Assembly (NCBI GenBank): GCA_004764695.1
Contig: SMSO01000037.1
Coordinates: forward strand, 3,696,747 to 3,760,746
Length of the DNA stretch: 64,000 nucleotides
Direction of reading: 5' to 3'
DNA from: Schizochytrium sp. TIO01
Taxonomy: Eukaryota; Protista; Bigyra: Labyrinthulomycetes
This document shows positions 1-11,216 of the stretch, one piece after another. Position 1 is the stretch's first letter; every line of letters starts with the position of its first letter. The position numbers were made by a program, and so were the translations under genes. The notes under the pieces are model-generated. The model was not told the origin of the DNA. It did not search any database and saw nothing but the letters and a program-made list of their open reading frames with translations.

Positions 1-831
1 TTCCGCCGGGTACTCTGCAAGTCTTTCCCTTTTTCCGCCTCCAAGTTCTAATATCTACATTAAGTACATTTAACTACATGCATCATAAAATGCCCCCTGA
101 CGCTGCAGCTGGGAGACTCCCTGGTGGGCGAGGAAAAGGTGAGGAAAAGGAAAGAGAGATAGAGGGCACACTGAAAGACCCTTTTCACAATGCTCAGTGT
201 GATGTGAGAGATGAGGCCTCAGTGGTATGAGAGGGAGAGAGTATTTCTTTCTAGGTTTCTTGAAAAAATAAAAGAAAAAATAGTTGTTAAATTTATATGT
301 CTAAGAGAGTGAGTGCTACTCCCCATGAAACCTTTTTTTTTTTTCGTCGGCTTAGAAGGCCCTGCTATGTGTGGCTATAGGTATTCCTTAGGAATAGGCC
401 GATCCTTAGCAATAGGGGAAGAAGGAGAGCAAAGAAAGAATGCAATAGAAAAAGAATGCGAAAGAAAGCGAAAGGAAGAAAGAACGAAGCAGAGACAGAA
501 CTATTTCTAGCAAGAGCTTGAGTCGGGACAGGTAAGCCGCAAACCTTTGCAGCGAAGTTGCAGCATACACGATACGACACAGCACGACGCAAGATATTGT
601 TACAGAGAAATATAAATTGGCCGCAGGTCTGTAAAGTTTACCTCTGCGCTCGCGAGCAGTCCTGAAATCGAGAACTGGCCTGTCGATATCACTGTTGTTA
701 TCCAACAGCAGCAAGAAAAAGCACTCCAAGGCCATCCTGGACGGAGATATAAGCGACAATAAAGATTGCGAGGTTGCAAGCTCAAAGCTCCAGCTCTTTG
801 TGAGGGACTGCACAGACCAGAAAGGGCCAAC

Positions 832-2049
832 ATGTTTGATTTGGATGTAGTTATCGTTGGAGGCGGCATCGCTGGCCTCAGCACCGCGCTGTTCCTTAAG
901 CGCTTTGGTTACAATGTAGTTGTCTACGAGCGGACTCCTAAAATCTTGCCCGTGGGTGCTGCAATTTCTGTGTGGAGTAATGGTGTCAAGGTAATGAACC
1001 GTCTTGGCTTTGGCAAACAAATGCAGGAGCTTGGAGGCCAGATGGATTCAATGATCTATCGCGACGAAAAGGGCACAGAGCTAGTCAACATGGACTTGCG
1101 TCCGGTATACAAGGAAGTCGGGGAGCGTTGTTATCCGGTACCTCGTGCTGATCTGCAGCAGATGCTCATGGACCAGTATGTCGCCGAGGGTGGCAACTTG
1201 GTCTTGGGTCGTTCCTGCGTCAGCGTTCACAAAGTGGATGAGAGCGACGAGAACAGCAAGCTATATGTGAAGTTCGATGATGGGTCAAAGTCGATGGAGT
1301 GTGACCTTTTGGTCGGTGCTGACGGGATTCGCTCAAATGTTCGCACCTATGTGCTTGAAAAGGAGGTTGCGCCTGTATACCACTACACAAACTGGAATGG
1401 TCTTGTTACCATGGACTCTGCAATTGGCGAGCAGACTGAATGGGTTATGCACGTTGGAGAGGGCAAACGCGCATCGGTCATGCCTGTCGGAAATGGACGA
1501 TTTTACTTTTTCATGGGTGCTCCTATCGCAGAAGATGCCCCCGCACCCGAACGCGGATCGGAGGCTATGCGTGAGGAGCTCAAGCAGATCTTCAAGGGCT
1601 GGCCCGCAAAGGTTCAGAATTTGATTGATGCTATTGATGTTAACACGTTGAACCGCATACCCATTTGCGATGTCGACCCTCTTCCTCACTTGTGGCGTGG
1701 CCACGCGGTACTGATTGGCGATGCTGCTCACTCGACCACACCAACTCTCGGCCAAGGCGGCTGCCAGGCGCTTGAGGACTCGGAGGTGCTTGCATCCTTC
1801 CTCACAACCACCAATGTGGGGGTTGCTGATGCTCTATCTCGTTACCAGCAGCACCGCCTCGAGCGAGTCCACACAATGGTGCTTAAGGCTCGTGAACGTA
1901 CAGCACAAATCTACCCTCGTAATGCAGAACAGGAACGTGCAACACAAGAATGGTATAATGAACTCAAGACTTCCAAGGACATTGGAACTAATATTCTTCG
2001 AGGTATTGCTGCTAACATCATGCAAGGACCTTGGCCCCCACGCTTGTAA
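832..2049 (+). CDS. hpxO: FAD-dependent monooxygenase, HpxO (urate hydroxylase)-like
   Basis: Single-exon ORF from ATG 832. Shows GGGIAG (FAD Rossmann fold), GADG and GDAAHSTTPTLGQGGC. Also has HpxO-family strings PVGAAISVWSNGVK, NWNGLV, VGEGKRASVMPV, RFYFF and WYNEL, ending in GP. Confidence 0.85.
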   Translation: MFDLDVVIVGGGIAGLSTALFLKRFGYNVVVYERTPKILPVGAAISVWSNGVKVMNRLGFGKQMQELGGQMDSMIYRDEKGTELVNMDLRPVYKEVGERCYPVPRADLQQMLMDQYVAEGGNLVLGRSCVSVHKVDESDENSKLYVKFDDGSKSMECDLLVGADGIRSNVRTYVLEKEVAPVYHYTNWNGLVTMDSAIGEQTEWVMHVGEGKRASVMPVGNGRFYFFMGAPIAEDAPAPERGSEAMREELKQIFKGWPAKVQNLIDAIDVNTLNRIPICDVDPLPHLWRGHAVLIGDAAHSTTPTLGQGGCQALEDSEVLASFLTTTNVGVADALSRYQQHRLERVHTMVLKARERTAQIYPRNAEQERATQEWYNELKTSKDIGTNILRGIAANIMQGPWPPRL

Positions 2050-4445
2050 AGCCTTTAAAGTAACCAATGGTGCTTTGATGCACCGTCCTGTGCGTCAATT
2101 ATGACAGCAATTTTCGTACACAACCGCTAGCTATATTTGGTATCACAACAGCAATAGTCATACTCCCATCCAAGATACGCATCCAAGTCTTCACCTCCTC
2201 ATCACTACACTTACAATGATCAAAGTGTAGAATTGAAACAACCCGCGATGGTATTTAACCCTTCATACTTTTGCAAAAAGAAAAAGATGAATCTGTGAAG
2301 CAATCACATTAGAAAATACTGAAGTGTTGTCTAGTTTGTCTGGAGCAACGCAAAAAAAAAATACATAAACTTCTGTCCAAAGGCATCTGAAATGGCGCTG
2401 CATGAGTGGACTGTTCAGATGTAGCTTTATATAAATAATAGAACAATTGCACTTTTTTAAAGTTCTTCAATCAACATATTATATTATCCAGTCTAATATG
2501 GTTTAAAACCTGTACTTCAAAAGACTTGAAATCCAATTTCGTAGGATATGATCAGAGGTGAGAGCACGAAAAACTCCATAGAAAGACTTTTAAATTCGAC
2601 AGATACGCTGCGAGTAGCACACACGGGTTCACTAACTTGGAGATCTCTATTTTTAAGGATTAAAAATCAAGTCTTCTGATTAAAATCTAATTCAGAGTAA
2701 AATCGTTGAGTTTGTATTCGACCCCATGATGAAAGTTTATCTTGTTTTATTAAAAGAAAGAGACTATTTGCCTTGAAGTTGGAATTTGTACCCCTGGTGG
2801 AATCTCCATATTGGAGGAGTAAGCATTGTTCTTAGTAAGCTGTAATTTTAATACCAGCAATAATACAGAACATCTAATTCAAGCTCGGGATTAGTAGATT
2901 TAATCGAGAAAGCAGAAAGTGAAGAGCATAGGGATAAGGCATGCATATTCCAAAATTTTAAAATAATTCCATTCCTTGAGTATCTCTCTAGTGCAAGATA
3001 GTATCTCTCTTTTGGAGAAATCCTACAAGTCTAATACAGTAAAGAAACTAGCAACTATATCTAGAAAATGCTAACGTAGGAAAAACAAACGCAAAGAAGA
3101 CGATATGTTTGGTGAAGTATAAAATGATCAAACGATTAAAGTATATTCAGAGACATTGCAGGTATTTGAGATGCTGTAAGTAACAATCTTAAGTCGCAGT
3201 ATAAGCCTTCTACTGATTGGAATTGTAGGGAAACTTGAATGAGAGGCCTTTTGTCTTCCAGCAATTGCTTTGGTGTTTCATTTGTGGAACGAAGTCATCT
3301 AGCGTCCGTAGATCATAAGACCAGCATTCCGAAATCATGTTATAATGAGCAATAGTTATATATAGAATGTCTGTGCAAAAACATATGGTGTTTCATATGA
3401 TGGTTATTTAATTACTCTTATTCAAGACATCGACTTTTGGTGAAAAGCCAGACTTCTGCAAACTATGATCACTTTCTTCATCGTCAATCATTCAATTCCG
3501 TTTAACACTTCCAATTGCATGTCATATCAATCCCATATCCATTTTTTAAAGTGCCGTGAAACAATTTAATCAAAAGCCAGAAAGAATTCAGAGGTTTTAT
3601 TAATGTTTTGGTTACATCTATATAAATAATTTAAAGTTGAAAAACTGTCAGCATACCACAACGTGGCAAAGCACAACGAACTTGATGAGCGCACTTAATT
3701 TGCACGCGATTTTGACGTATGAAGAAAGCCGAAATTTCACTTATTCTTAGAATCCAATGACCATGAAAGCATTGGCTAGGAAATTTTTAAGATACAAAAA
3801 AGGTGCTCCCAGATTTTAAAATAAGTAGCTTACTATTAAATATTATTATTTTTTTTAAAACAAAAAAGAAAAACAAAAATACAGCATAAGAAACCATCCT
3901 GGACAGATTTCACAGATACAAAAGAACAACAACAAAAAACAAAGAGATGAAATACTTTGTTGGATTCCTTAGCCTAATTAGAGAGATTAATACGAATAGC
4001 TTTAGACTCACGAAAATAGCTCAGAGATCCTGGATTCCTGTTAGTACCAAAGTCTCTGATTAGGACTACCTAAGGATTGAGTAGGGTATCTGCAGTGTGA
4101 AACTAGTACTATTACGTAGGTACGGTCCGAAGAGTATACGCTCTCAAGTCACGATCCACTATCACGGGTGACTGTTTTGACTTGAGCTGCTACCCAATGA
4201 GGTGATTGACAAGGCAACCTCGCGTTCTCGAAAGTAACCCAGAATCCAGGAATCCTACGTTCGTACGAAGACACTTTAATTAAACCATGTCGTATCTTCT
4301 TAGACGAAGACAAGTACACCAGTAATTGAACACATTCAATGTGCTGCTTTTCTCAAACCATTGTGTTGCAGACCTCTAACGGAGGTAACCAGGTGAAGCG
4401 ATTTGCCGGAGTCAGTGTACCTGTTGCAACCCGAGCTCAATCACC

Positions 4446-7235
4446 ATGTCTCTACAGCTCCTCAGCCAGGAGCATGAATGTTTTGTTGATTGCATGAAAA
4501 CGCAGCTTGCCTTTGGACAATTTCCAAGAAATGTTTCAAAATTCATTTTGCAAAGCTCGGCCAATAGCCAGGGCTATTCAGAAGTCGTTTGTCGCAAAGT
4601 CGCCTCATTAGTTTTAGACGCCATGCGCAACCACTGTGAAAATATCATGCTACAACGGGGCGCGTGCGATGCACTTGCAAAATTTACTTGCAATGATGCT
4701 CGCAATCGGGAGATCCTTTGTCAAGAGCTCAACGCTGGGGTGGAAATCATTGAAGCTATGCGTAACCACCGTGGTGATGTTTTCTTACAACAGAACGCGT
4801 GTCGTGCGCTTTCAAACTTCGCCTCGGGCAATACTCGAAATCGCGAGATTCTATGTCAAGAGCTTAGTGCTGGTGTAGGTATCCTTGAGGCCATGCGGAA
4901 TCACCGTGCAGATGCCATTCTGCAACAAAGCGCGTGTATTGCGCTCAGTAACTTGACTTACAACAATCCTCGAAATTGCGACATTCTCTGTCAAGAGCTC
5001 GACGCAGGTGTAGGTGTTCTTGAGGCCATGCGTAATCACCGTGAAAATGTCATTCTGCAACAGCACACATGCATCTTGCTGTCTAGTATCACTGATCACA
5101 GTACTCGTAATCGTGAGATTCTGTGTCAACGGTTCGATTCTGGTTCTTGCATTGTTGAGGCCATGCGTAACCACCGTGGAGATGCTACAATACAACAGAA
5201 GGCGTGTGTTGCGCTCTCGAACTTTGCTTTAGACAATATTTGTAATCGTATGATTCTCTGCCAAGAGCTCGACGCTGGTGCTTACATTGTTGAAGCAATG
5301 CGCAGGCACCCAAATGATGCCATTCTACAACAAGAAGCGTGTGGCGCGCTTTGGAGCCTTACTTGCAACAATGCTCGTAATCGTGAGATTCTTTGTCAAG
5401 AGCTCAACGCCGGTGCCGACGTTGTTAAAGCTATGCGCAACCATCGCGAAGATGTCATGCTACAGCAAAACGCATGTGGTGCACTTTTGAGTTTTGCCTG
5501 CAACGATGCTCGTAATCAAGAAACCCTTTGTCAAGAGCTCAACGCTTGTGCGGACATTCTTGATGCCATGCGCAATCACCATGCAGATGCCATTCTGCAA
5601 CAGAATGCTTGTCGTGCGCTTTGGATCATTGCCTCAGACAATACCCGTAATCGGGAGGTTCTGTGTCAACAACTTAACGCTGGTATTTACATTGTAGAAG
5701 CCATGCGTACTCATCGTGGAGATGTCCTTCTACAACAGAATGCGTGTCGTGCGCTTTGGATCTTTATTTGTAACAATCCGAGGAATCGTGAGATCTTGTG
5801 TCAAGAACTCAACGCTGGATTTTACGTTATTGAGGCCATGCACATTCACACTGCAGATGCTAAGCTAGAACAAGAAGCGTGTGCTGTGCTCTCGAACTTA
5901 AGTTCAGACAATGCTCGCAATCGTGTGATTCTCTGCCAAGAGCTCGACGCTGGTGCTTACATTGTTGAAGCAATGCGCAGGCACCCAAAGGATGCCATTC
6001 TACAACAAGAAGCGTGTGGTGCGCTTTGGAGCCTTACTTGCAACAATGCTCGTAATCGTGAGATTCTTTGTCAAGAGCTCAACGCCGGTGCAGACGTTGT
6101 TAAAGCTATGCGCAACCATCGCGAAGATGTCATGCTACAACGGAACGCATGTGGCGCACTTTTGAGTTTTGCTTGTGACAATGCTCGTAATCGAGAAGTT
6201 CTTTGTCAAGAACTTAACGCTGGTGCATACCTTCTTGATGCCATGCGCAATCATCATGCAGATGTCACTCTACAACAGAATGCTTGTCGTGTGCTTTGGA
6301 GCTTTGCCTCAGACAATACTCTTAATCGTGAGATTCTCTGTCAAGAGCTCAACGCTGGTGCTTACATTGTTGAGGCCATGCGCAATCACAGTGCAGATGC
6401 CACCATTCAACAGAATGCTTGTTGCGTGCTCTCGAGCTTTACTGCCAACAATCCTCGAAATCGTGAGATTCTCTGTCAAGAGCTCAACGCTGGTTCTTGC
6501 ATTGCTCAGGCCATGTGCAATCATCGTGCAGATGCCATTCTACAACAAAAAGCGTGTGAGGCGCTCAGAAACTTTACATACAAAAATGCTCACAATCGTC
6601 AGATTCTCTATCAACGGTGCAATGCTCGTGGGGAGATCATTCAGGCCATGCATAATCACCAGGGTGATTCTACCCTACAGCAGAAGGCGTATGGTGCACT
6701 TTTGAACCTCACCGTAAGCAATACCCACAAGCACAAGATTCTTTGCCAAGGGTACAAGGCAGGTGCTGATATTGTTGAAGCTGTGCGCATTTACCATGAG
6801 AATGCCATTCTACAACAGAATGCGTGTGCTGCATTCAGAAGCTTAAGTTGCAAGACTACTCACAATCGCGAGAGTCTTTGTAAAGTGCTTAACGCAGGTG
6901 CTTACATTGTTGAAGCCATGCGCACTCATTGTGAAGATGACGTTCAACAGCGGAGCGCGTGTCGTACACTTTGGAGCTTCATTTTGGGGAGCGCTCGTGA
7001 TCGCGCTGCTCTTTACAAGGAGCTCAACGCCGGAACAGACGTGGTCGAAGCCGTGCCTAACCACCTTGCAGATGCTATTATGCAACATAGCACGTGTATT
7101 GCGCTTTGGAACTTTACTTGCAACAATGCTTCTGATCGTAAATTTCTATGCCAGGTGTTTAGTGCTGCTATGGACATTTTAGGCGTTCTGTTTCCCAGCC
7201 CAGGAAGTGCTATGCTACGTGTGAGACCATTTTAA
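4446..7235 (+). CDS. Armadillo (ARM)-repeat protein, ~19-20 tandem 45-aa units
   Basis: 929-aa ORF with consensus xRNREILCQELNAGxxIxEAMRNHxxDxxLQQxACxALxx(F/L)xxxN and an exact 135-nt period. The QQxACxALxNL pattern fits ARM helix 3. Confidence 0.9.
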   Translation: MSLQLLSQEHECFVDCMKTQLAFGQFPRNVSKFILQSSANSQGYSEVVCRKVASLVLDAMRNHCENIMLQRGACDALAKFTCNDARNREILCQELNAGVEIIEAMRNHRGDVFLQQNACRALSNFASGNTRNREILCQELSAGVGILEAMRNHRADAILQQSACIALSNLTYNNPRNCDILCQELDAGVGVLEAMRNHRENVILQQHTCILLSSITDHSTRNREILCQRFDSGSCIVEAMRNHRGDATIQQKACVALSNFALDNICNRMILCQELDAGAYIVEAMRRHPNDAILQQEACGALWSLTCNNARNREILCQELNAGADVVKAMRNHREDVMLQQNACGALLSFACNDARNQETLCQELNACADILDAMRNHHADAILQQNACRALWIIASDNTRNREVLCQQLNAGIYIVEAMRTHRGDVLLQQNACRALWIFICNNPRNREILCQELNAGFYVIEAMHIHTADAKLEQEACAVLSNLSSDNARNRVILCQELDAGAYIVEAMRRHPKDAILQQEACGALWSLTCNNARNREILCQELNAGADVVKAMRNHREDVMLQRNACGALLSFACDNARNREVLCQELNAGAYLLDAMRNHHADVTLQQNACRVLWSFASDNTLNREILCQELNAGAYIVEAMRNHSADATIQQNACCVLSSFTANNPRNREILCQELNAGSCIAQAMCNHRADAILQQKACEALRNFTYKNAHNRQILYQRCNARGEIIQAMHNHQGDSTLQQKAYGALLNLTVSNTHKHKILCQGYKAGADIVEAVRIYHENAILQQNACAAFRSLSCKTTHNRESLCKVLNAGAYIVEAMRTHCEDDVQQRSACRTLWSFILGSARDRAALYKELNAGTDVVEAVPNHLADAIMQHSTCIALWNFTCNNASDRKFLCQVFSAAMDILGVLFPSPGSAMLRVRPF

Positions 7236-7239
7236 AACT

Positions 7240-7520
7240 TCACTTAAGTCAGAACTCCACGTTAGAAAAGACACTGTTTTAGCTCTGCGTAATTGCTATG
7301 CTGATATAATTGTCCACCATGAACATCCGAGGTGGCTCGCAATGATCACTTTGATAGTCCTCGCAATCGCCATATTTCCTTTACCAAGTTCTAGGTAATA
7401 GCGTAGATATTGTGAAGCCAATACGCAAACACCATACCTCTACCAGTATTTGATAGAAAAAGGATGCATCATTTTAAAATCTTACTATCCATATCATTCG
7501 TAATCGTATTCTTTCCACAA
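7240..7520 (+). pseudogene. Decayed extra ARM-repeat units downstream of the stop codon
   Basis: About 7362-7515 reads RNRHI-(frameshift)-LYQVLGNSVDIVKPIRKHHTSTSI**KKDASF*NLTIHIIRNRIL. This is collinear with the repeat consensus but interrupted by stops. Confidence 0.7.
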
Positions 7521-7659
7521 ACAGGACACATTTCCAATTCTATTACCAACAAAGTGAAGAGATAAACCAGCCTCAATCATTAAAAAATGCACAATTAGTT
7601 TCTCTTTACTTGCTTGACTTTTTTGGAACAATAGCGAGAAGATGCTGCGCTTGCTCTTA

Positions 7660-8075
7660 GGAGTACCGAAGTATTTGGGATTACGAAGATCCTCCAGAAA
7701 TCCAGGAACCTTGGGCTCTCATCCAAGACGCTCACGTGTAGTCTCAGGTGAGGCTGTGTACTGAATCCTCACAAACGGAGTCAAGAATGTGAAATGTGTG
7801 GCAGCCTTTTCCGAACTTACAAACTTCACAGACACTTTAAGGTTTGCTCCCAGCATCTCTGCAATATCATTGCATGGAACCTCCTCTGCGACAGCATGGA
7901 TCCTCTGTCCAGCAGGACCCTTGGTTACTGCCAACACAAATGCGTTGGCAGCATCATCACGGTGTACCGTACCCCAGCGGCTGCTGCTGTCAACAACATA
8001 CAGAAATACCTAAGCGGCTTGGGCAAGCCTGTTGAATATCTTGAAAAATGTTTGGTCACCTATGCCATGCACAGT
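7660..8075 (-). pseudogene. Pseudogene fragment of an NAD-dependent epimerase/atypical SDR (C-terminal half)
   Basis: One frame reads TVHGIGDQTF..AQAA*VFLYVVDSSSRWGTVHRDDAANAFVLAVTKGPAGQRIHAVAEEV..TRERLG*EPKVPGFLEDL. In-frame stops are TAG (8010-8012) and TGA (7719-7721, at the Trp of LGWEP). No GxxGxxG N-terminus was found. Confidence 0.75.
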
Positions 8076-9643
8076 TAGCCGGTTTATCAACACCTTCTTT
8101 TGTAACTCCAAAAAACGATTCAAAATTGGAATGAATGCGCCGGAATCCATTGCCATTGTAAAACCCATGCAAACGAGTGCAGGGTAGGGTAACTTTTTGG
8201 CATCAAAGATGTTCATCGTGAAAGTCTTTTCATAATACTTACATCGCCAGTCACTGGAGACCTAAAGGACACAGTTTTGGTGAGTATGGCCAAACTCACC
8301 CATAGTTATGTTTACTCGGATGATAAACCTATTAACCTCTGAAGCTTTAAACTTGTTTCTGTTCGGATAATAATGTCCATGGTCCTTTGTTTTTTCCAGT
8401 GATGGTTCAAAAACGTCAGAAACGCTTCTGCTGAAATGTAATTCTAGTGTAGTTCTCAGCAATTCACACATCTCAAACAATACGCATAGGCGGTTCGTTA
8501 AAAGAACGCTGCAAACTCAATTATTGAGAAACGCGGTGGTGCGAAAAGCTTACTGATACTAGTGTAATAGCAGTAGGTAACATTGGAGGCCCAAAAGAAA
8601 TAATAATTTTTTAACGGTTTCTTTTGAGTACTATACTTCAAGTTTTATTATGGATGTCTGCCATATTCTCATGATCAACTGAAAGGGACACGTTGGTGTC
8701 GTTCATGGAAGTTAGTCTCAACAGTTCATCGCGGCATCGATTGTTTCGCGAGACGATCTATCGAGAGTGGAAAACTGAAACCTACGTTTCGAACTACAAG
8801 GCGAGAGAACAAGGACATCTTTCTCAAATAACACAGCGCCGCTTTAGGCACCTAAGCCAGTACTCGGAGGATATACTTGCCTTCATTGGCCGTCCGTCAC
8901 AGCAATTGACATAGTGTAAAGGAGTTCTGATTCCGCCCCATCTCCATATCCAAGTGTCCTCGGGGTCGGCATGAAACTATTGAACCTTATCTTTCAGATC
9001 TATCTTTATCTAACCCAATTAGTCGTACCGCGTATCAGTTTTCAACAGCTTTCCTGCCGCCTTGGTGTTTGTGACTTGAGCGCAATCCATCATCAGGCAT
9101 CGTACCTGTGTAAGTCCAAGTATCTGAGCAGGCTAGAAGTAATAGTCTCCGTCATCTTCTTTTTGGAGCTTGCGGTCTCTTCTTGAACAGCCCTGGGAAA
9201 AATTGGAAAACTTGGCAACCAAATTTCCTTATTCTGCATTGCCACAGTTCTGTGCGATTCATCACCCAAGTTCTTCAACTCTCAGTGGTTACAGCTGCTA
9301 AGTCTAACCTCGTTACACTCTTCGAGCTCTCCCCTCCATGCGTCCACCCCACTCGTCCCGCTCAGAGTGCTGCTCGAGCAGCAATAGCCCATCTTGGACT
9401 TCCTTCACACAGTCTCCACCAGCTGTCTCGACTGCCGTGAAAATCCCTCAGGCTCTTCAACAGACCCAGCAACAGTTTGAACTTCAAACTTCGAGTTGGC
9501 CCTGCACAACGCCGTTCAGAAACACCACATATGGCTATAGCAATCTTTTCGAATCCTAAAACCTTGAAACCTGAGCTCCTCTTTTCGCAAACTTCTTCGT
9601 GACCTTTTTCGAAGCCAACTTTCGAGCGACGTTCAATCACTTT

Positions 9644-9704
<61 letters not shown>

Positions 9705-9756
9705 CTTTAATCAATGAATGAATGAATGAATGAATGAATGAATGAATGAATCAATG

Positions 9757-9796
<40 letters not shown>
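9644..9796. repeat. Compound (AATC)n/(AATG)n microsatellite
   Basis: Directly visible tetranucleotide arrays. Confidence 0.95.
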
Positions 9797-10193
9797 CGAA
9801 TCTCAACTTTCTAATCACTCACACATTACTTTCCTTCTAGCCAGCATGCTTTTGGAAGCGGAACTCGAATCTTGTGGGAAGAAGCGCGAAATGAGCCAGC
9901 CAGCACTCCACATAGCTCACCGAGTGCTAGTCGGGCATGCATAGGGCCGCTGGTAGGCGAAATGATGGGGCGGTTGCGCGAAACCGCTCTGTTCGCACTC
10001 TCCGGGGTTTCCCTTCCAACGATAACTCTGGACTGTTTGTTTGTTTGTGTTGCCACGAACCAACCTTGGGGACTATCAAGTGCAGAGTTATCATTTGGTA
10101 CCTCCCTCCCTCCCTCCCTCCCTGCCCCTCTCCTGATTGATTCACCCTCCGTACGCGCATGCATGTACTCCAACAAGGTCTCCGGCGTCGAAG

Positions 10194-10226
<33 letters not shown>

Positions 10227-11124
10227 TTTCTTTCGACTCGTTTCCTTTTCCTCAGCGCGAGTAGGTTACGCGAAACCGCTTTCCAATAGGTCGCTTCCCT
10301 ATTTCCACAGCTGTGCCGAGCAGCTTCGGGGCAAGGCGTCGAGGGCGCAGAAGCCGGCGCCAGCAATCGCGTCCCAGCCTTGCGGCCCTCCTTCGAGGTT
10401 TTCCCCGAAGACGCTGCGCCTCCGCGGCCCTCTGAAGCGCGGTTTTGGGGCTCCATCTCGAAGGCTTTGCGGCGATCAACAAACCTTCGCCTCAGTCAGA
10501 GCCGCTTTCGACAGACCCTCAGGGGCCGGCACTGCTAGAGTAAACGCTGGCACCGGCCCTACTCGTACGAGTGCTCCTAGGTCTCCCTAGTTGGAAGTTG
10601 GTGCGTCTGTTTGGAACCACTTTTGACCAAAGCGGATGAACGAATGAATTTCAAACTCGCCGCTCCCTTGAAATTGCTTTCGCCAAGCTCGAGCGAGCGG
10701 CCGGTGCCGCATGAAGGGCGGCGGGACAGCCTCCGCCCGAAGGCGCGGCGCTCTCTCTCCCTCTCCTTCCTGAGGGTAGCCTCGAGCAGCGGCGCATTCT
10801 CCGCGTCGAATGAGGGGCGTCTTCGAGTTTCCCGATCATTCATTGCCTTTCTAGATGTGCGTGCCCTCTAGCTAGCTAGCTGGATAGCAGTAGTTAGGCG
10901 GGTGCTAGCTACTAGCAGTGCTACCAGTTTGGGCTAATAGGGGGAGCTGAGTGAAAAATGAACGGGAAAAGGAGAAATGCTCTTTCCAGAGCAGGGCCAC
11001 TATGGTTTACGTTAGGAGGCCACTAGACTACCTGGCGCCTTAGAGAGAGACAGAGAGAGAGAGAGAGACTCAAAGGCTGCGGAATCCGGACCCGTCTCTT
11101 TCTTTCCCTTTGACGGCTTTCCTT

Positions 11125-11126
<2 letters not shown>

Positions 11127-11185
<59 letters not shown>

Positions 11186-11216
11186 AGGAAAGAAAGAAAG
11201 AAAGAAGGAAAGAAAG
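11127..11216. repeat. (AAAG)n microsatellite
   Basis: Directly visible. Confidence 0.95.

Noticed and set aside
4695-7130. 135-nt periodic repeats as a CRISPR array or TALE
   Set aside because: There is no repeat-spacer structure; units are in-frame 45-aa ARM repeats, not 34-aa TALE repeats.
7719-8264. Stop-codon reassignment (TGA=Trp, TAG=sense) suggested by in-frame stops in the SDR fragment
   Set aside because: Neighbouring intact genes end at TAA, TAG and TGA and use TGG for Trp, so pseudogenisation explains the stops better.
9030-9440. Minus-strand frame with protein-like composition and scattered stops (possible pseudogene)
   Set aside because: No family could be recognised; a BLASTx search would be needed.
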